A stretch of 64,000 bases of DNA, from positions 24,614,001 through 24,678,000 of the forward strand of contig NC_043000.1 in NCBI RefSeq assembly GCF_006345805.1, written 5' to 3'. The notes under the pieces were generated by a model that saw only the letters and a list, made by a program, of their open reading frames with translations, made no database searches and was not told the DNA's origin. Numbering within the stretch: the first letter of the stretch is position 1; every line of letters starts with the position of its first letter. This DNA comes from Octopus sinensis. Taxonomy: Eukaryota. This document shows, one piece after another, positions 1 to 12,469 of the stretch. Made by a program: the position numbers and the translations under genes.

Positions 1-246
1 GGAAGTCGGGTACAAGAAACAGGAAGAAAGAGTGAGAGAAAGTTGGAGCGAAACAGGAAGAAAGAGTGAGAGAAAGTTGGAGCGAAAGAGTACAACAAGG
101 GTCGCCCCCCCCCCCATGCCGGAGCCTCATGGAGCTTTAGGTGTTTTCGCTCAATAAACACACACAACGCCCGGTCTGGGAATTGAAACCACGATCCTCC
201 GACCGCGAGTCCGCTACCCTAACCACTGGGCCATTGTGCCTCCACT
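1..246 (-). mobile_element. tRNA-derived SINE (family D), cut by window edge
   Basis: Minus strand starts GGAGGCACAATGGCCCAGTGGTTAGGG (A box) and GTGGTTTCAATTCCC (B box); a related copy lies at 17611-17850; internal ~34-bp duplication at 17-84. Confidence 0.8.
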
Positions 247-850
247 TGCTGCTGGTATGAAAACATATGCTGGATAGACTGACTGCCCTGTGCTTATGTT
301 AACAGTAAATATATAATACAGATTGAGTGCAGGTGAGATGGGAAAATTACTGGACATCAAAAGCATTTCCAATATTTTCAGGAATAACAAGTCTGTTGGT
401 ATGGAAATATGTGACGTAAGCTGAAGAAACATGTATCATAAGTTGATGGAAGAAGGAGCCTTCTTTCAAGATAGACTTAACTAAGGCTGAGGCTGAGGAT
501 AAAGTAGCCAAATCAAAATTGCTGATAATGTTGGATCTTCCAAATAAATGGTACGGGGGCTGATATCTGTATTTTAGAAGAAATGTTTAAAGCACAGGAA
601 AAAAGTATGTTAAAGGATGTTGATAATGATGAGGATAACACAGAGCTAAGGAAAAGATTGATGTTTCTTTGGTTGTGTAAAGTAGTAATACACTGTTTAT
701 GCCCTATCTACAAAGGGATAAGTGTTTTACCAGTGAACTGAAACTATGTCTTCTAAATCACTGGTTTCAATAAGCTCCTTAATCCGGTAATTAACAATTA
801 TATTTTGTCTTAACTACTGAAAATTTAATTTTCCTTTATAGACTTTTGAA

Positions 851-1252
851 ACTCTTTTACTTGTTTCAGTCATTTGATTGTGGGCATGCTGGAGCACCGC
901 CTTTAGTCGAGCAAATCGACCCCAGGACTTATTCTTTGTAAGCCTAGTACTTATTCTATCAGTCTCTTTTGCCAAACCGCTAAGTTATGGGGACGTAAAC
1001 ACATCAGCATCGGTTCTCAAGCAATGTTGGGGGGACAAACACAGGCACACAAATTTATACACACACATACATATATATATACATATATACAACAGGCTTC
1101 TTTTCAGTTTCCGTCTGCCAAATCCACTCACAAGGCTTTGGTCGGCTCGAGGCTATAGTAGAAGACACTTGCCCAAGGTGCCACGCAGTGGGACTGAACC
1201 CGGAACCATGTGGTTGGTAAGCAAGCAACTTACCACACAGCCACTCCTACGT
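851..1252 (-). mobile_element. tRNA-derived SINE with CORE-like segment (family B)
   Basis: Head GGAGTGGCTGTGTGGTAAG / GGGTTCAGTCCC, CCTTGGGCAAGT core, internal (TA/CA)n, tail CCAGCATG..GACTGAAACAAGTAAAAGAG; about 20 full or partial copies in the window. Confidence 0.85.
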
Positions 1253-1303
1253 CTAAATATGGTAAAAATATAAAGCTCCAAATTATATTATTTTTTTTTT
1301 CAT

Positions 1304-1680
1304 GGTGCAGGCATGGCCATGTGGCAAGAAGTTTGCTTCCTAGCCACATGGTTCCAGGTTCAGTCTTACTGAGTAACATCTTGGGAAAGTGTCTTCTTCA
1401 GGCCAACCAAAGCCTTGTGTGTGAACTTGGTAGACAGAAGCTGTAAAAAAACCATCATGTGTGTGTGTGTGTGTACATGCATGCGTTTATCCCCCACCAC
1501 TGCTTGGCAACAGATGTTGATGGGTTTACAAACCCGTAACCTAGTGGTTTGGCAAAAGAGATTGATAAAGTACCAGGCTAAAAAGAAAAAAGTACTGGGG
1601 TTGATTCATTTGACTAAAATCCCTTACGGCAGTGCCCCAGCATGGCCACAGTCTAATGACTGAAAAAAGACAAAGGATAA
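1304..1680 (+). mobile_element. SINE family B, head-to-head with the 851-1252 copy
   Basis: Same head, core and tail motifs, more diverged, opposite orientation. Confidence 0.8.
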
Positions 1681-2254
1681 ACGAATGGCATCACTGCAGG
1701 TTTCCAATGAGGCAATCAATGGTTTATGATATTTCTGATGGCAATAGTAACAAAGGAGTAACTGTAACTCAATGCAAAACAAATATCCCAAAGGACTTGA
1801 TTTGAAAAGCTCAGGTTTTCTAGTTTTCTTAGTGTATTTAACCTTTACTGATTAATATATCTCAGCAAAAGATATACCTATAAGCATATTATATATTTTT
1901 TCTCTTGAAGAACTCAAGCTAGATGAACTTTTTTCATCATCCTTTACATCTGTTTTCCAAACTGGCATGGGTTAGATGGCTTGTCACAGATCAAGTCAGT
2001 TCTTATTCTGAGTTACTGTCCTCTCAGGTGTGGTTGGAGAACCACACCTCACTTGCATGGTTCGCAGTTTCTATGGTTACCCTTCCTCAATCACTTTACA
2101 GATTGTATTTGCTGCTGTTAATTGTGTTTTAAGCATTAGTGATGTTGTTATGTCTTCAACATGTTTAATTGTATATAGACAAAATTAAAATTTTATGCAA
2201 ACAAAAGCATCATATTTATATTCTATAATATATATTTACAAGTTATTTCAAATT

Positions 2255-2665
2255 TTTGCCACAAGGGCAGTCACGGGGAGGTGGGGATGAGTCGATTACA
2301 TTGACCCCCCCCCCCAGTACTCAACTGGTACTTAATTTATCGATCTCGAAAAGATGAAAGGCAGAGTTGACCTCGGCAGAATTTGAACACAGAATGTAGC
2401 AATGGGCAAAATACCGCTAAGCATTTCATCCAATGTGCTAATGATTCTTTTCTACTCTAGGCACAAGGCCTGAAACTTTTGGGGAAGGTGCCAGTTGATT
2501 AGGTTGACCCCAGAAAGCAAATAACTGGTACTTAATTTATCGACCCCAGAAAGATGAAAGGGAAAGTCGACCTTGATGGAATTTGAACTCAGAACGTAGC
2601 GATGGTCAAAATACCACTAAGCATTTCATACAGCACACTAACGATTCTGCCAGCTCGCTGCCTTT
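2255..2665 (-). mobile_element. tRNA-derived SINE family C, tandem dimer
   Basis: Two copies of the GAATTTGAAC(T/A)CAG (reverse B box) and GATGAAAGG(C/G)A..GTCGACC body; the body resembles the Meta-SINE domain (recalled). Other copies near 30345-30590, 42910-43115, 54080-54310, 61940-62965. Confidence 0.75.
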
Positions 2666-3254
2666 ACAAGTTATACAATATTATTGTTGTATTTTAACTT
2701 TCGAGTCAGTTTCAAAATAGTACTGACCAAATTTAGAGAATTCTAATAAATCTGTGTTAATCACTATATAAAGTTAAGCGATGTACCCACCTGGCCACCC
2801 CTACTACCAAATATGATATCTTGTAGCTAAAGATCCCCACCCTGCTGCTATATAGCACTAGAGACACCCTTATTCTCAACTGTCAGTATACCTCAGGAAT
2901 TTTTTTCTTCCCTAGCTTTATCCATACAACAGAGACAAACTTCAAGCCCAATCATATGAAACTATTACTGTTAAGGCCTTCTTTTAACTACCAGAAAGTG
3001 TGTTTATCTGTTCTAGGTGACCTAATTAGCAGTGGAGGTAAATATTCTGAAAACATAATCAGAATGTTTAAAAGAATGAGGTGGGGGAGTTCAGGAAATT
3101 ATTACCTCTTCTGGTAATGAAGTATCGCCATTAAAGAGAAGGACAAGTTGTGTGAGGTTTGTGTACAGAATATGGTTCTGTAGGACAGGGAAACATGGGC
3201 TTCAAATGCAAAAATATTCACATTCACATGCATGTAGGTGTGTATGTATATTTA

Positions 3255-3760
3255 TACTCTTTTACTTGTTTCAATCATTTGACTGTAGCCGTGCTGGAGT
3301 ACTGCCTTTAGTTGAGCAAAATAGACCCCAGGACTTATTCTTTGTAAGTCTAGCACTTATTCTATCGGTCTCTTTTGCTGAACCTCTAAGTTATGGGGAC
3401 ATAAACACACCAGCATCGGTTGTCAAGCAATATTGGGGGGACAAGCACAGACACACAAACACACACACACACACGCACACATATATACATACAATTGTTA
3501 AGTGGTGGTGGAGGACAAACACAAACATAAAGACACACACACAAACACAGACATAAAAACACACACAAACACAGACATAAAAGCACACACAAACACACAC
3601 ACGCACATGAGCTTCTTTCAGTTTCTGTGGACCAAATCCACTTACAAGGCTTTGGTCAGCCTGAAGCTCTAGTAGAAGACCCTTGCCTTAGGAGCTGCAC
3701 AGTGGGACTGAAACCAGAACCATGTTATTGGGAAGCAAGCATTTTAAGACACAGCCATGC
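3255..3760 (-). mobile_element. SINE family B
   Basis: Same motifs as 851-1252 with an expanded (CA)n interior. Confidence 0.8.
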
Positions 3761-5281
3761 CTATGCACACACACACACATGCATGCACACACACACACAC
3801 ACACACAATTAAGTATAATTATACACGTATACATGTACACACTGCTTATATATTTTTATACATTTGCATTGATGTATTTATTATTTATCTCTTTAATCTC
3901 CTTTTGGCAAATAAAATATTTTAGAAAATATGTAATTTTAATATGGAAAATACCAGGATAAGGAAGCCAGAAAATAATTTTGGAAATGTTATGTTATTTA
4001 GATTTAAAGAGCATCTTGAAACATTTGTATTTTCTAATTCATCCAAAAGATATTGGTATGATGTCAAAATGAAAATATAACCAAAGCAGAATGTAAAAAG
4101 AAAAAAGGAAAAAAAGTAATTGATTAATTGAATTTGATAACGAATGTATCAGAGAGAAAAGATTTTTGAAAGGTTTGATAGGGGATTGAAATGAAAACTT
4201 GGAAGAAATGTTTCAGAAAATGAAAACAGGTATAAAAGATAAAAGATTAAAAAAAAAAATGATTGAGAAAGATTTCTGAAGAATAGAACGAAGGTGGGGT
4301 GGGTGGGGGAGAATTTGTGGAAAAGGGTAAAGATAATTAGTGTGAGGTTAAGTGAAGGGGTGATTGCAGCTTTTTCTATGTAAGAAGATAGGGGTGTTTG
4401 CTTTCAGAACAACATTCAAGAAATGTATTCATGTTAATGTTGAAAAACAGCAGAAAAAGAACAACAACAACAGCGACAGCAGCAGCAACAGCAGCATTAA
4501 ATAAATAAAATAGATAAAAAGAATCTAAATCTCAAGAGAAATATAAACAAATTTCCTGAGAGTGCCAGTGACAGAATCCTATATTGTAGACCAACAAGAT
4601 CATAAGATTCTTACATATCAACAGAACACAACATCTGGCTTTTTTTTTATATTATATTATATTTTTTTCTTATAACATTGAAACTAAAGCAATCAACACA
4701 AGCTACTGATTTAGGGGTTCTGTGTAGAAAGTCAATGGAGCAGGGGGTTAAATTCTGGGTTACAGAGTCAGATTCTGAAAGGCCCTGCTTTCAGAGAAAT
4801 CAGTTTTTGTCAAGATACTATCTACAACCCATTTATTGGTGTTTATTTACAATGCTGATAGTTTCACTTTCCAGACCCCACAATTTGCTGCCTCGTGTAT
4901 ATCTATCGTCTTTTACCTAGCTGAACCTTTCAAAAGGTTTCTGCAGACTTGTTTAATTTGCAGATAAAAGCCATCACCATTAAAACACTTCCTGACCACC
5001 AACTTTAAAATTTAAATATCAAAGCTTACACATATTTGAAAAAAAAAAAAAATCTAAATTCTAGTTGCCATCTTTATATACTTAAAACACATTGAAACTG
5101 TACAGTATTACATATGTGTGTGTATATTCATACATATATACATACATACAAATGTGTGTAATTCACACAATTGAATACTATTATTAATATTGATGAATGG
5201 CTATATTTTATATGCACCATATCCAGATATGTTTATATTCATCACTGTAATTCTACCTGTTCATCATTATATATATATATA

Positions 5282-5681
5282 TAGTCATACGATATAGTGT
5301 ATATTTAAACACATGAGGAATCCACTTATAGGAATTCAACATGCTAGAAAGTTGGTATTTTTTTTATTGCCGGCGAAGGACTGTGGCTGCGCAGTAGATT
5401 TTGAAAAAGTTAGGATGTATAAATACGGGGCAAGTAGTTTGATCGCCCCGTGTGTATACGTTTAACCCAAAGTGGTCCTGCTGAGGAAGACTGCACCTGG
5501 CGAGTTCTTTTACTCACTAAACTAAAATCAGAAACCAATTGGTCCAAGAAACTAGATGGTGAAATGTTTATATTTTTCATTTCATTCCTGTCGTTATAGA
5601 ACCTAGCTGTTCTTTCTAGCGTGTTGAATTCCTATAAGTGGATTCCTCATATGTTTAAATATACACTATATCATATGACTA
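5282..5681. repeat. 400-bp unit bounded by 70-bp inverted repeats, containing a hammerhead-like motif
   Basis: 5282-5351 is the reverse complement of 5612-5681 at 67/70 positions; both outer ends abut TA-rich runs. Confidence 0.9.
5477..5548 (+). ncRNA. Hammerhead ribozyme-like motif (type I, Penelope-type)
   Basis: CCTG-CTGAGGA(5481-5487)...GAAA(5531-5534)-palindrome ACCAATTGGT-C(5544)-CAAG; stem I CCTG/CAAG 3 of 4 pairs; stem II imperfect. Confidence 0.6.
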
Positions 5682-6292
5682 ATATATAGTCTTTTGGACT
5701 AAATTTTTACACGTTAGACCACTGGAAATGTAAATTTTAATTAATTTCCATTTACCTTTGATATGATTAAATATATATATGTATATATATTAACGCAGAG
5801 TAGACGAAACAGGGACAACTGATGAAGGGGAACATTCTTTATGTTGCATGTCTTGTTTCTCTGTTTGTTTTTTTCGTTGTTTGAAAAAAAAGTTCGTTTT
5901 CTATGTTTTTGTTTTTATGTTTACGTATCTCATTGTGTTCAATGTTTTTTTTATGTCCTGTACCCATATATGCATGTATATATACACATGTAGGTATGTA
6001 CATATATGCATATATGCGTATATTTATATTATCTTATATTATATATATATATATATATATATAGTATTAATAAAATAGCAGATTTTGATGTACCTGAAGA
6101 GACCCAGAATGGGTCAAAACATGTGTTGTACCCAATAAAGTCTATTACACATTCCATCTCCTATTTTAGTAATACTGTTACCCCAACTGCCACTATGAAG
6201 TTCCTGCAGTAAATCTATGGATAACAACAGGTAATTGAAACTCTGCTGGTGCTTTACTCATCATCCATTTATACATTTTGTACAATTTCTCC

Positions 6293-6322
<30 letters not shown>

Positions 6323-6327
<5 letters not shown>

Positions 6328-6560
6328 TCATCATTTAATGTCCGTTGTCCATGCTGGCATAGGTTGGATGGTTTGACTGGGCCGGCACAATGGAAGGCTG
6401 CGCCAGGCTCCAGTCTGATTTGGTATGATTTTCTATGGCTAGATGCCCTTCCTAGTGCCAACCACTCCGAGAGTGTAATGGGTACTTTTACATTCCACTG
6501 GCATGGGTGCCATTTGTATGACACCGGTATCTGCCACGATTGCGATTTTGCTCACACCGT
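6323..6560 (-). mobile_element. RTE LINE 3' end (3'UTR plus (GAT)n tail)
   Basis: TAGGAAGGGCATC..AACCCATGC..GGAC.TTAAA(TGA)n block, the same sequence that follows the RTE ORF2 stop in the 21246-22400 copy. An opposite-orientation copy follows at about 6575-6720. Confidence 0.75.
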
Positions 6561-7424
6561 GTTAAATAATTTGCATTAGGAAGGGCATCAAGTTGTAGAA
6601 ACCAAGCCAAAGCAGACAGAGAACCTGGTGGGGCCTTTTGACTCATCTGTTCCTGTTGAACCATCCAACCCATGCCAGTATGGAAAAAGGAACGTTAAAT
6701 GATGAAGATTATGATGATAACATCATCATTGCTTAACACCCACTTTTCCATGCTCCATCTGCTACGGAAGCAGATGTGTGGATGCTCTTCCTGTTGTCAA
6801 CCCTCCCATATTTCCATGCAAGATAATATTTCTTCATGACTGGATATGTTTTCACAGAAGACTGTAAACAAAGTACGTCAGTTGTATGCTGATGATGATC
6901 ATCATTTACAAATATCACATGACATCAAGACAAGGGAACACACCCACACAAAGCAGACTTCTTTCAGTTTCAATCTAGCAAATCCACCCCTAAGGCTTTT
7001 CATTGGCCCAGGACTATAGTAGTCCTGGGGTTTCACGCACTGGGACTGAACTCAAAACCACAGGGTTGGGAAGTAAACTTCTTGACTACACAGCCACACA
7101 GGTGCTTATATGGGGCTACACCTAACACTGCAAATGATGAATTCCTGGTGTAGGCCATCAGCCTGCCCTTTGTAATGAAAAACATATCATTTAATGTCAG
7201 TTTTCCATGCTGACATGGATTGGACAGTTTGACAGGATCCAGTGAGGTACAGGACTTCATTGAGCTCCAGTGTCAGATTTAGTGTAGTTTGTAAAGCTAG
7301 CTGCCCCTCCTAATGCTAATCACTTTACAGTGTGCACAGGTACGTTTTTTGTGCCACCAGCACTAGCAAAATCACAAAGTAGCTTCCAAGACAGGATAGC
7401 AATATATTTAAACTATTTAAACTA

Positions 7425-7745
7425 TTTAAAAATGTTTCAGTTTCAAAGCTGTGGTCATGCTGGGGCACCACCGTTGACTGAGCTACACCATTATTTAAAA
7501 CCTCCTCTGATATGTGGCATTTGGTCAATGAGGGAGTTAGATGCTACTGCCTTCATCTGCATTTCCTGCTGTGAGGTGGGCTCATCTGGAACCCTTGACA
7601 GGAAGAGATTCAGTTTTGTTTTAAAGACACTTACATCCACACCATGCTGGTCTCTCAGGCATTTTGGAAGGATATTAAAGAGCTGTGGGCCCTTGAAGCC
7701 CAAGGTGTTGCAGCATCTGGTCCTGTATTTTGATGACGATGCTCT
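7425..7745 (-). mobile_element. CR1/L2-type LINE, ORF2 C-terminus and 3' tail
   Basis: ORF 7491-7781 encodes NTLGFKGPQLFNILPKCLRDQHGVDVSVFKTKLNLFLSRVPDEP...ASNSLIDQ, typical of the post-RT C-terminus of CR1/L2-group LINEs. Confidence 0.75.
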
Positions 7746-8769
7746 ATGCACAGACACAGTCATATGTGTTTGTGTATGCATCTTTCTTTCTTATATATAT
7801 ATATAATATATATATGTGTATGTTTGTATGTGTCACAATATACAGATTCAGGTAATCTGCATAATATTTCTCCATCATTTATATCTTTATATATATGTGT
7901 AAAATAAATATAATTTGCTAACTGGGTTTATTAAGTGCTATATATATATATATATGAAATCGTTATTTTTGCTGTTATTGCCTTTTGTTCCTTCATATTG
8001 AGAGGCAATTTTACTTCCATTGCCATATAATGACAAAAAAAAACAACAAACAAATAAAAAAAAACAAAAAAAAATCTGAACTGAATTGAATAAAGGTTAG
8101 ATTCTGGTGCAAAGAGGAACAAGATAAACAGCATTTTTACACTCAATATATACAACCTATTCATCTTATGTAAAACTCTATAAAGGTTTCAATGTTTTCC
8201 TTCAGTAATTATCAACCTCATACATAACTTCAATAACTGTTATTAATTTACTATACATTATAAGCACTTCCTCGCTCCCATTTTACTGTACAATGCAATA
8301 AATACAATAGACTCGAAACACCTTTCCTCATTGATACTTGAATGAATGTGATTATAATGATATTGGTTGTTATTTTGAATGCAACGCTAATATTTTCTTT
8401 AGGTGTCTTTCATGTTTTTCTTGAGTGTCACAATCAACCAGTTGGCCAAAGTTCAATTAGTCTATATGTAATCCAGTTCTATTATAATGTTGTATTTGTA
8501 TCAAAAATAAGAAACTCTTAGTAGTTCTGTTCATATATTCTGTATTTTCCAGCTTAACAAGTTGAATTTTTCAGATGAAAATTTACTGCAAAGAAAAGAT
8601 TGGTTGACTTATACATGAACCTATTAGCACCCATGGTCCATTTTTTTCAGGATCACAAGGATAATCCATCATATTTCTGCAACACCTGTATTTTTCTGAG
8701 ATATCTTTAGTTAGTCATCAAGACTGGAGTGTCTTTCAAATATTGTGATAAAATTTTTTTTTATAAAGC

Positions 8770-8990
8770 ACCCACTGATCGTGGCTGTTTTCCAGCCTCC
8801 TCTGCCGGTGGCATGTAAAAAGCACCCACTACACTCACAGAGTGGTTGGCGTTAGGAAGGGCATCCAGCTGTAGAAACACTGCCAGATCAGACTGGAGCC
8901 TGGTACAGCCTCCTGGCTTCCCAGACCCCAGTCAAACCGTCCAACCCATGCTAGCATGGAAAGCGGATGTTAAACGATGATGATGATGAT
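8770..8990 (+). mobile_element. RTE LINE 3' end
   Basis: Near-consensus GGCGTTAGGAAGGGCATCCAGCTGTAGAAAC...GTTAAACGATGATGATG. Similar ends at about 18258-18380, 43115-43500, 50160-50570, 53465-53725, 58540-58780. Confidence 0.8.
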
Positions 8991-9169
8991 TGGTATCAGA
9001 TAAAGTTGTATAAAACCACTTGGGCACTAATGGATGAAGATGACTTTGGGGGACTGAAAATTCCATGTGAAATGCAGCAGGATTTGGGAAAATAGTGATG
9101 AGGTTTCAACGTTTATACTAAATATGACAATGGCTTGTATTTTTTTTTTATCTTTTATCTTTTTTTTTT

Positions 9170-9590
9170 ACCTTTTATTTGTTTCAGTCATTAAATTGTG
9201 GCCATGCTGGTGCACCACCTTGAAGAACTTTACTTGAAAAAATCAACTCCAAAACTTGCTTTTTTCTTTTTTATAAAGCCAAGTACTTATTCTATCAGTC
9301 TCTTTGTTGAACTACTAAGCCATAGGGATATAAACACACCAATACTGGTTGTCAAGTGGTGCTGAGGGAACAAACATATACAAAGACACACAGAGATACA
9401 CACGAACATGTATACAGACATATATTTATACAATAGGCTTCTTTCAGTTTCTGTCTACTAAATCCACACATAAGGCTTTGTTTGGCCTGAGGCTATAGCA
9501 GAAGATACCTGCCCAAAATGCCACATAGTGGGACTGAACTCAGAACCAAATGGTTGGGAAGTAAACATCTTACCACACAGCCATGTCTGC
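9170..9590 (-). mobile_element. SINE family B
   Basis: Family head, core and tail motifs. Confidence 0.75.
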
Positions 9591-9721
9591 ATATGCAAGA
9601 AAATATGATGTATAAACTGGTATCATTTCGTAACCAATCAAATAAGTTTTATTATTTCATTTGAATTCAAATAACTACTTAAATATAAATTTCAAACTCA
9701 AAACTTCTCAATCTCATCTCA

Positions 9722-10262
9722 TCTAGGTCGTTCCATAGGATGCCCCTTTTAGGGGTTTCGGTTGTGCATAGTATAGGAATCACAGGGCACTTTCCATGTG
9801 GTCCCACAGTTTCCATCTAACTAGGAATATTAGGGTCTCATCCATTGTCTTCTATTCAAGATCCTCTGTAGGATGTCCTGCTAGTTCAAAGCCAGGAATC
9901 TGATCTGTTAGGTCCTACCGATAACTAAATCCATGCCCTGTTGCCAATGCTTTGATTTATTGTCATTAAGGTTTTGTCGGTCTTTTACCCTTCAACCTCT
10001 CTAGTCTAGTAAGACCTGTCTGGAGATTTCTCTCCCTCCAGCATAGTTCTCCGGGTCAATGGAGCACACAGGCACTTCACCGCGTCAAGATACTTGTTGA
10101 ATTGGCCGTTGACTACACATTGGTTCTTCCGCTCTTTGATGGGTCTTATTTTCCATCCCGCAGGGTGTCCAACAATCACCCTCCTCACCAAGCAAGCTTG
10201 ATAGAGTTGCCAGTTTAGTCACGGACGACCCGACCATGCGACAGGTCATACTGGGTTACATG
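9722..10262 (-). mobile_element. Probable 5' region of an RTE/RTE-X LINE (orphan)
   Basis: GC- and CpG-richer island; minus strand resembles recalled RTE-type 5' leader sequence (GGTGAGGAGGGTG...TATGCTGGAGGG...TCTCCAG...GGGGCATCCTATGGAACGACCTAG). No ORF2 follows. Confidence 0.45.
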
Positions 10263-12469
10263 TCACCAGTAATGCTCAAGAATGACCTGACATCAAAAAC
10301 TTCTACTCAAAAGTGTTACTTATATCTCCAGATCAGGGTTGGAGTGGGGTTGTGATGAAAAATAAAATCTCTAAAAAAAAAAAAAAGCCAAAGGCTACAT
10401 TTCAAATCCCTTTATTGTCACCAATGATTTGTAACAGTCTGTATCTTGTGATAAGCAGAAAAAAAATGAAGAATTAACCACAAATAATTCAGCCAATAAT
10501 AGTTACATAGTTCATCTAGTGTCCTGGAATCATTTACAAATTCATTGATGTAACAAATATATTGGAAGCTTTGAATTGTTAATTAGAAAAAATGGCATTA
10601 GTGGTTTAGAGCAATTTAAAAAAAAAATTCCTTTCAAATAAAAGCTAAACAAAAACAGAACAAAAATAAACCTCAAATGAAACTAAGTATTCAACTAAAA
10701 TTATCAGACATTATAGTAAACAAAAATATATATTTTTTTTATTAGATTTTCTTCCACAAAAGAGAAAAGCAGGAAACAGTAATTGCTGGAGTTGAAAAAT
10801 TTAGTAGATAAACGAAATAGGCTATTGAAACAGAAATCAGAAATAAAATAAGGAAATAGAATAATTTCCCACAGGACCAAACACAAAAATTAAGTTTAGT
10901 TATCAATTTCAGAGAAAATTGTTACATTAATTTTTTCACTATCAGGAAAAACACAAGCCCAGTGAAACAACGTGATCTGTTCTTTAAATTCTTAGACATA
11001 CAAACATAACATGTATAAGAACAAATTTCAACAGAATACATTATTAACATATATCCCCATACATATGAAATGTGTGGTGTAGCAGATCCCATTTAAAATG
11101 TAAAGACCCTGAGAGAGTTAAGTGTTCCTCCCTCATTCCTTAGGTTGCTTACTAATGTACTAATGGTTAGTCAGATTCGTTCTTGCCAGATTGGTAAGAC
11201 TTACAACACATTATTATGTCATGTAAGCAACCCTATACACATACACGATATTAGTACAGGGGCTGCTTACATGTAAATCCTGCTCTCAGATTCTCTTTAT
11301 CTGCCAAGAAGTGCTGCTACATACAAAGTGACAATTGAGAAGTTTCACCTAGACGGAAAATGCAATATACAAAAAACAGAACCAAGTGAAAGTAACCTTG
11401 CAGAACCCACAATATTAGTACAGTCTGTGAAATGTAGAGCATTAAAACACTTAAAAACACACACATGGCAAACCATGATAGCAGCTGAAAATAAAAACAA
11501 CACAAACTAAGGGGGAGGGGTTTTATTTTTTGGTTTGCATCTGGTGGTAGTGGTGGGGGTTGCTAAATAGGGGTTACCAACCAGGGCAATAAAATACTGA
11601 TTGGATATCAGAGATAATGGGTGGTGCTGATAATAGCTGAGTGTGGTGGTGGTGGTGCACTTTAAAGTTAGGGTGAGGTGAATTCAATAAATATTTCATT
11701 GTTATCTGATCTAGAAACTGTTATTGTTTTTGTTTAGCTCCTAGTTAGCTCTGACATACCAGATCTAAGATTAAAGACAGTCCATCTGTGACCATCCCTT
11801 CATGCTTTTCAAGCATAGTGAATACATTACGCATCTCCCTTTATTTTTTAGATACGATTTGAAGAAGATTTGTTGTGATTTCTAGCAGGTCTAGCTACCA
11901 AATGGCAGCTTCCTTGAGGTGTGTTGATAATACAAATTTGAGGGGTCGTCAGCTAATGGCTATCCGTTTCTTATTTTCCTGCTGATAAGTTTTCCTTATG
12001 AATTCTATTAATTTTTATCAGGAATCAGATGGTTATGGGCTTATCATAAGCATGGAAAGGTAGACATGAAAATGATGATGAAGATGAAATAATGTAAAAT
12101 GGAGTAGTCATGGTGGTGGTGAGAGAATAATGGATGCAGTGTATAACTGGTATTTATGAGACCATGACAGATGGAAGTGAGAGCTGATATCAGTATGATT
12201 TGAACTTAGGAATAAATATCCAAAACAAAAATCCATGATGCTAAACATCTTAATAATACTTTATGATGGTGCAAGAATACTTTATATAATATGGGAACAA
12301 AGATATAAAAACTGCATGGTTAAGAAGTTTGGTTATCAACCATGTGGTCTGGGGTTCAAGTGTACCAAGTGGCACCTTGGCCAGGCTGTCTTCTGCCATA
12401 ACTTCAAGTTGACCAATACCTTATAAGTGGACTTTGGTGGACAGAAGTCATTGCCATTACTGCTTATCA

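Noticed and set aside
200-246. tRNA genes at SINE heads (also 17800, 25790, 46580, 59130)
   Set aside because: A and B boxes run into SINE bodies and no complete cloverleaf with acceptor stem is evident.
5806-5830. GAAAC followed by CTGATGA (family also at 35250 and 46922)
   Set aside because: Core halves are in the wrong order or too close for a hammerhead, and no downstream GAAA with stem II was found.
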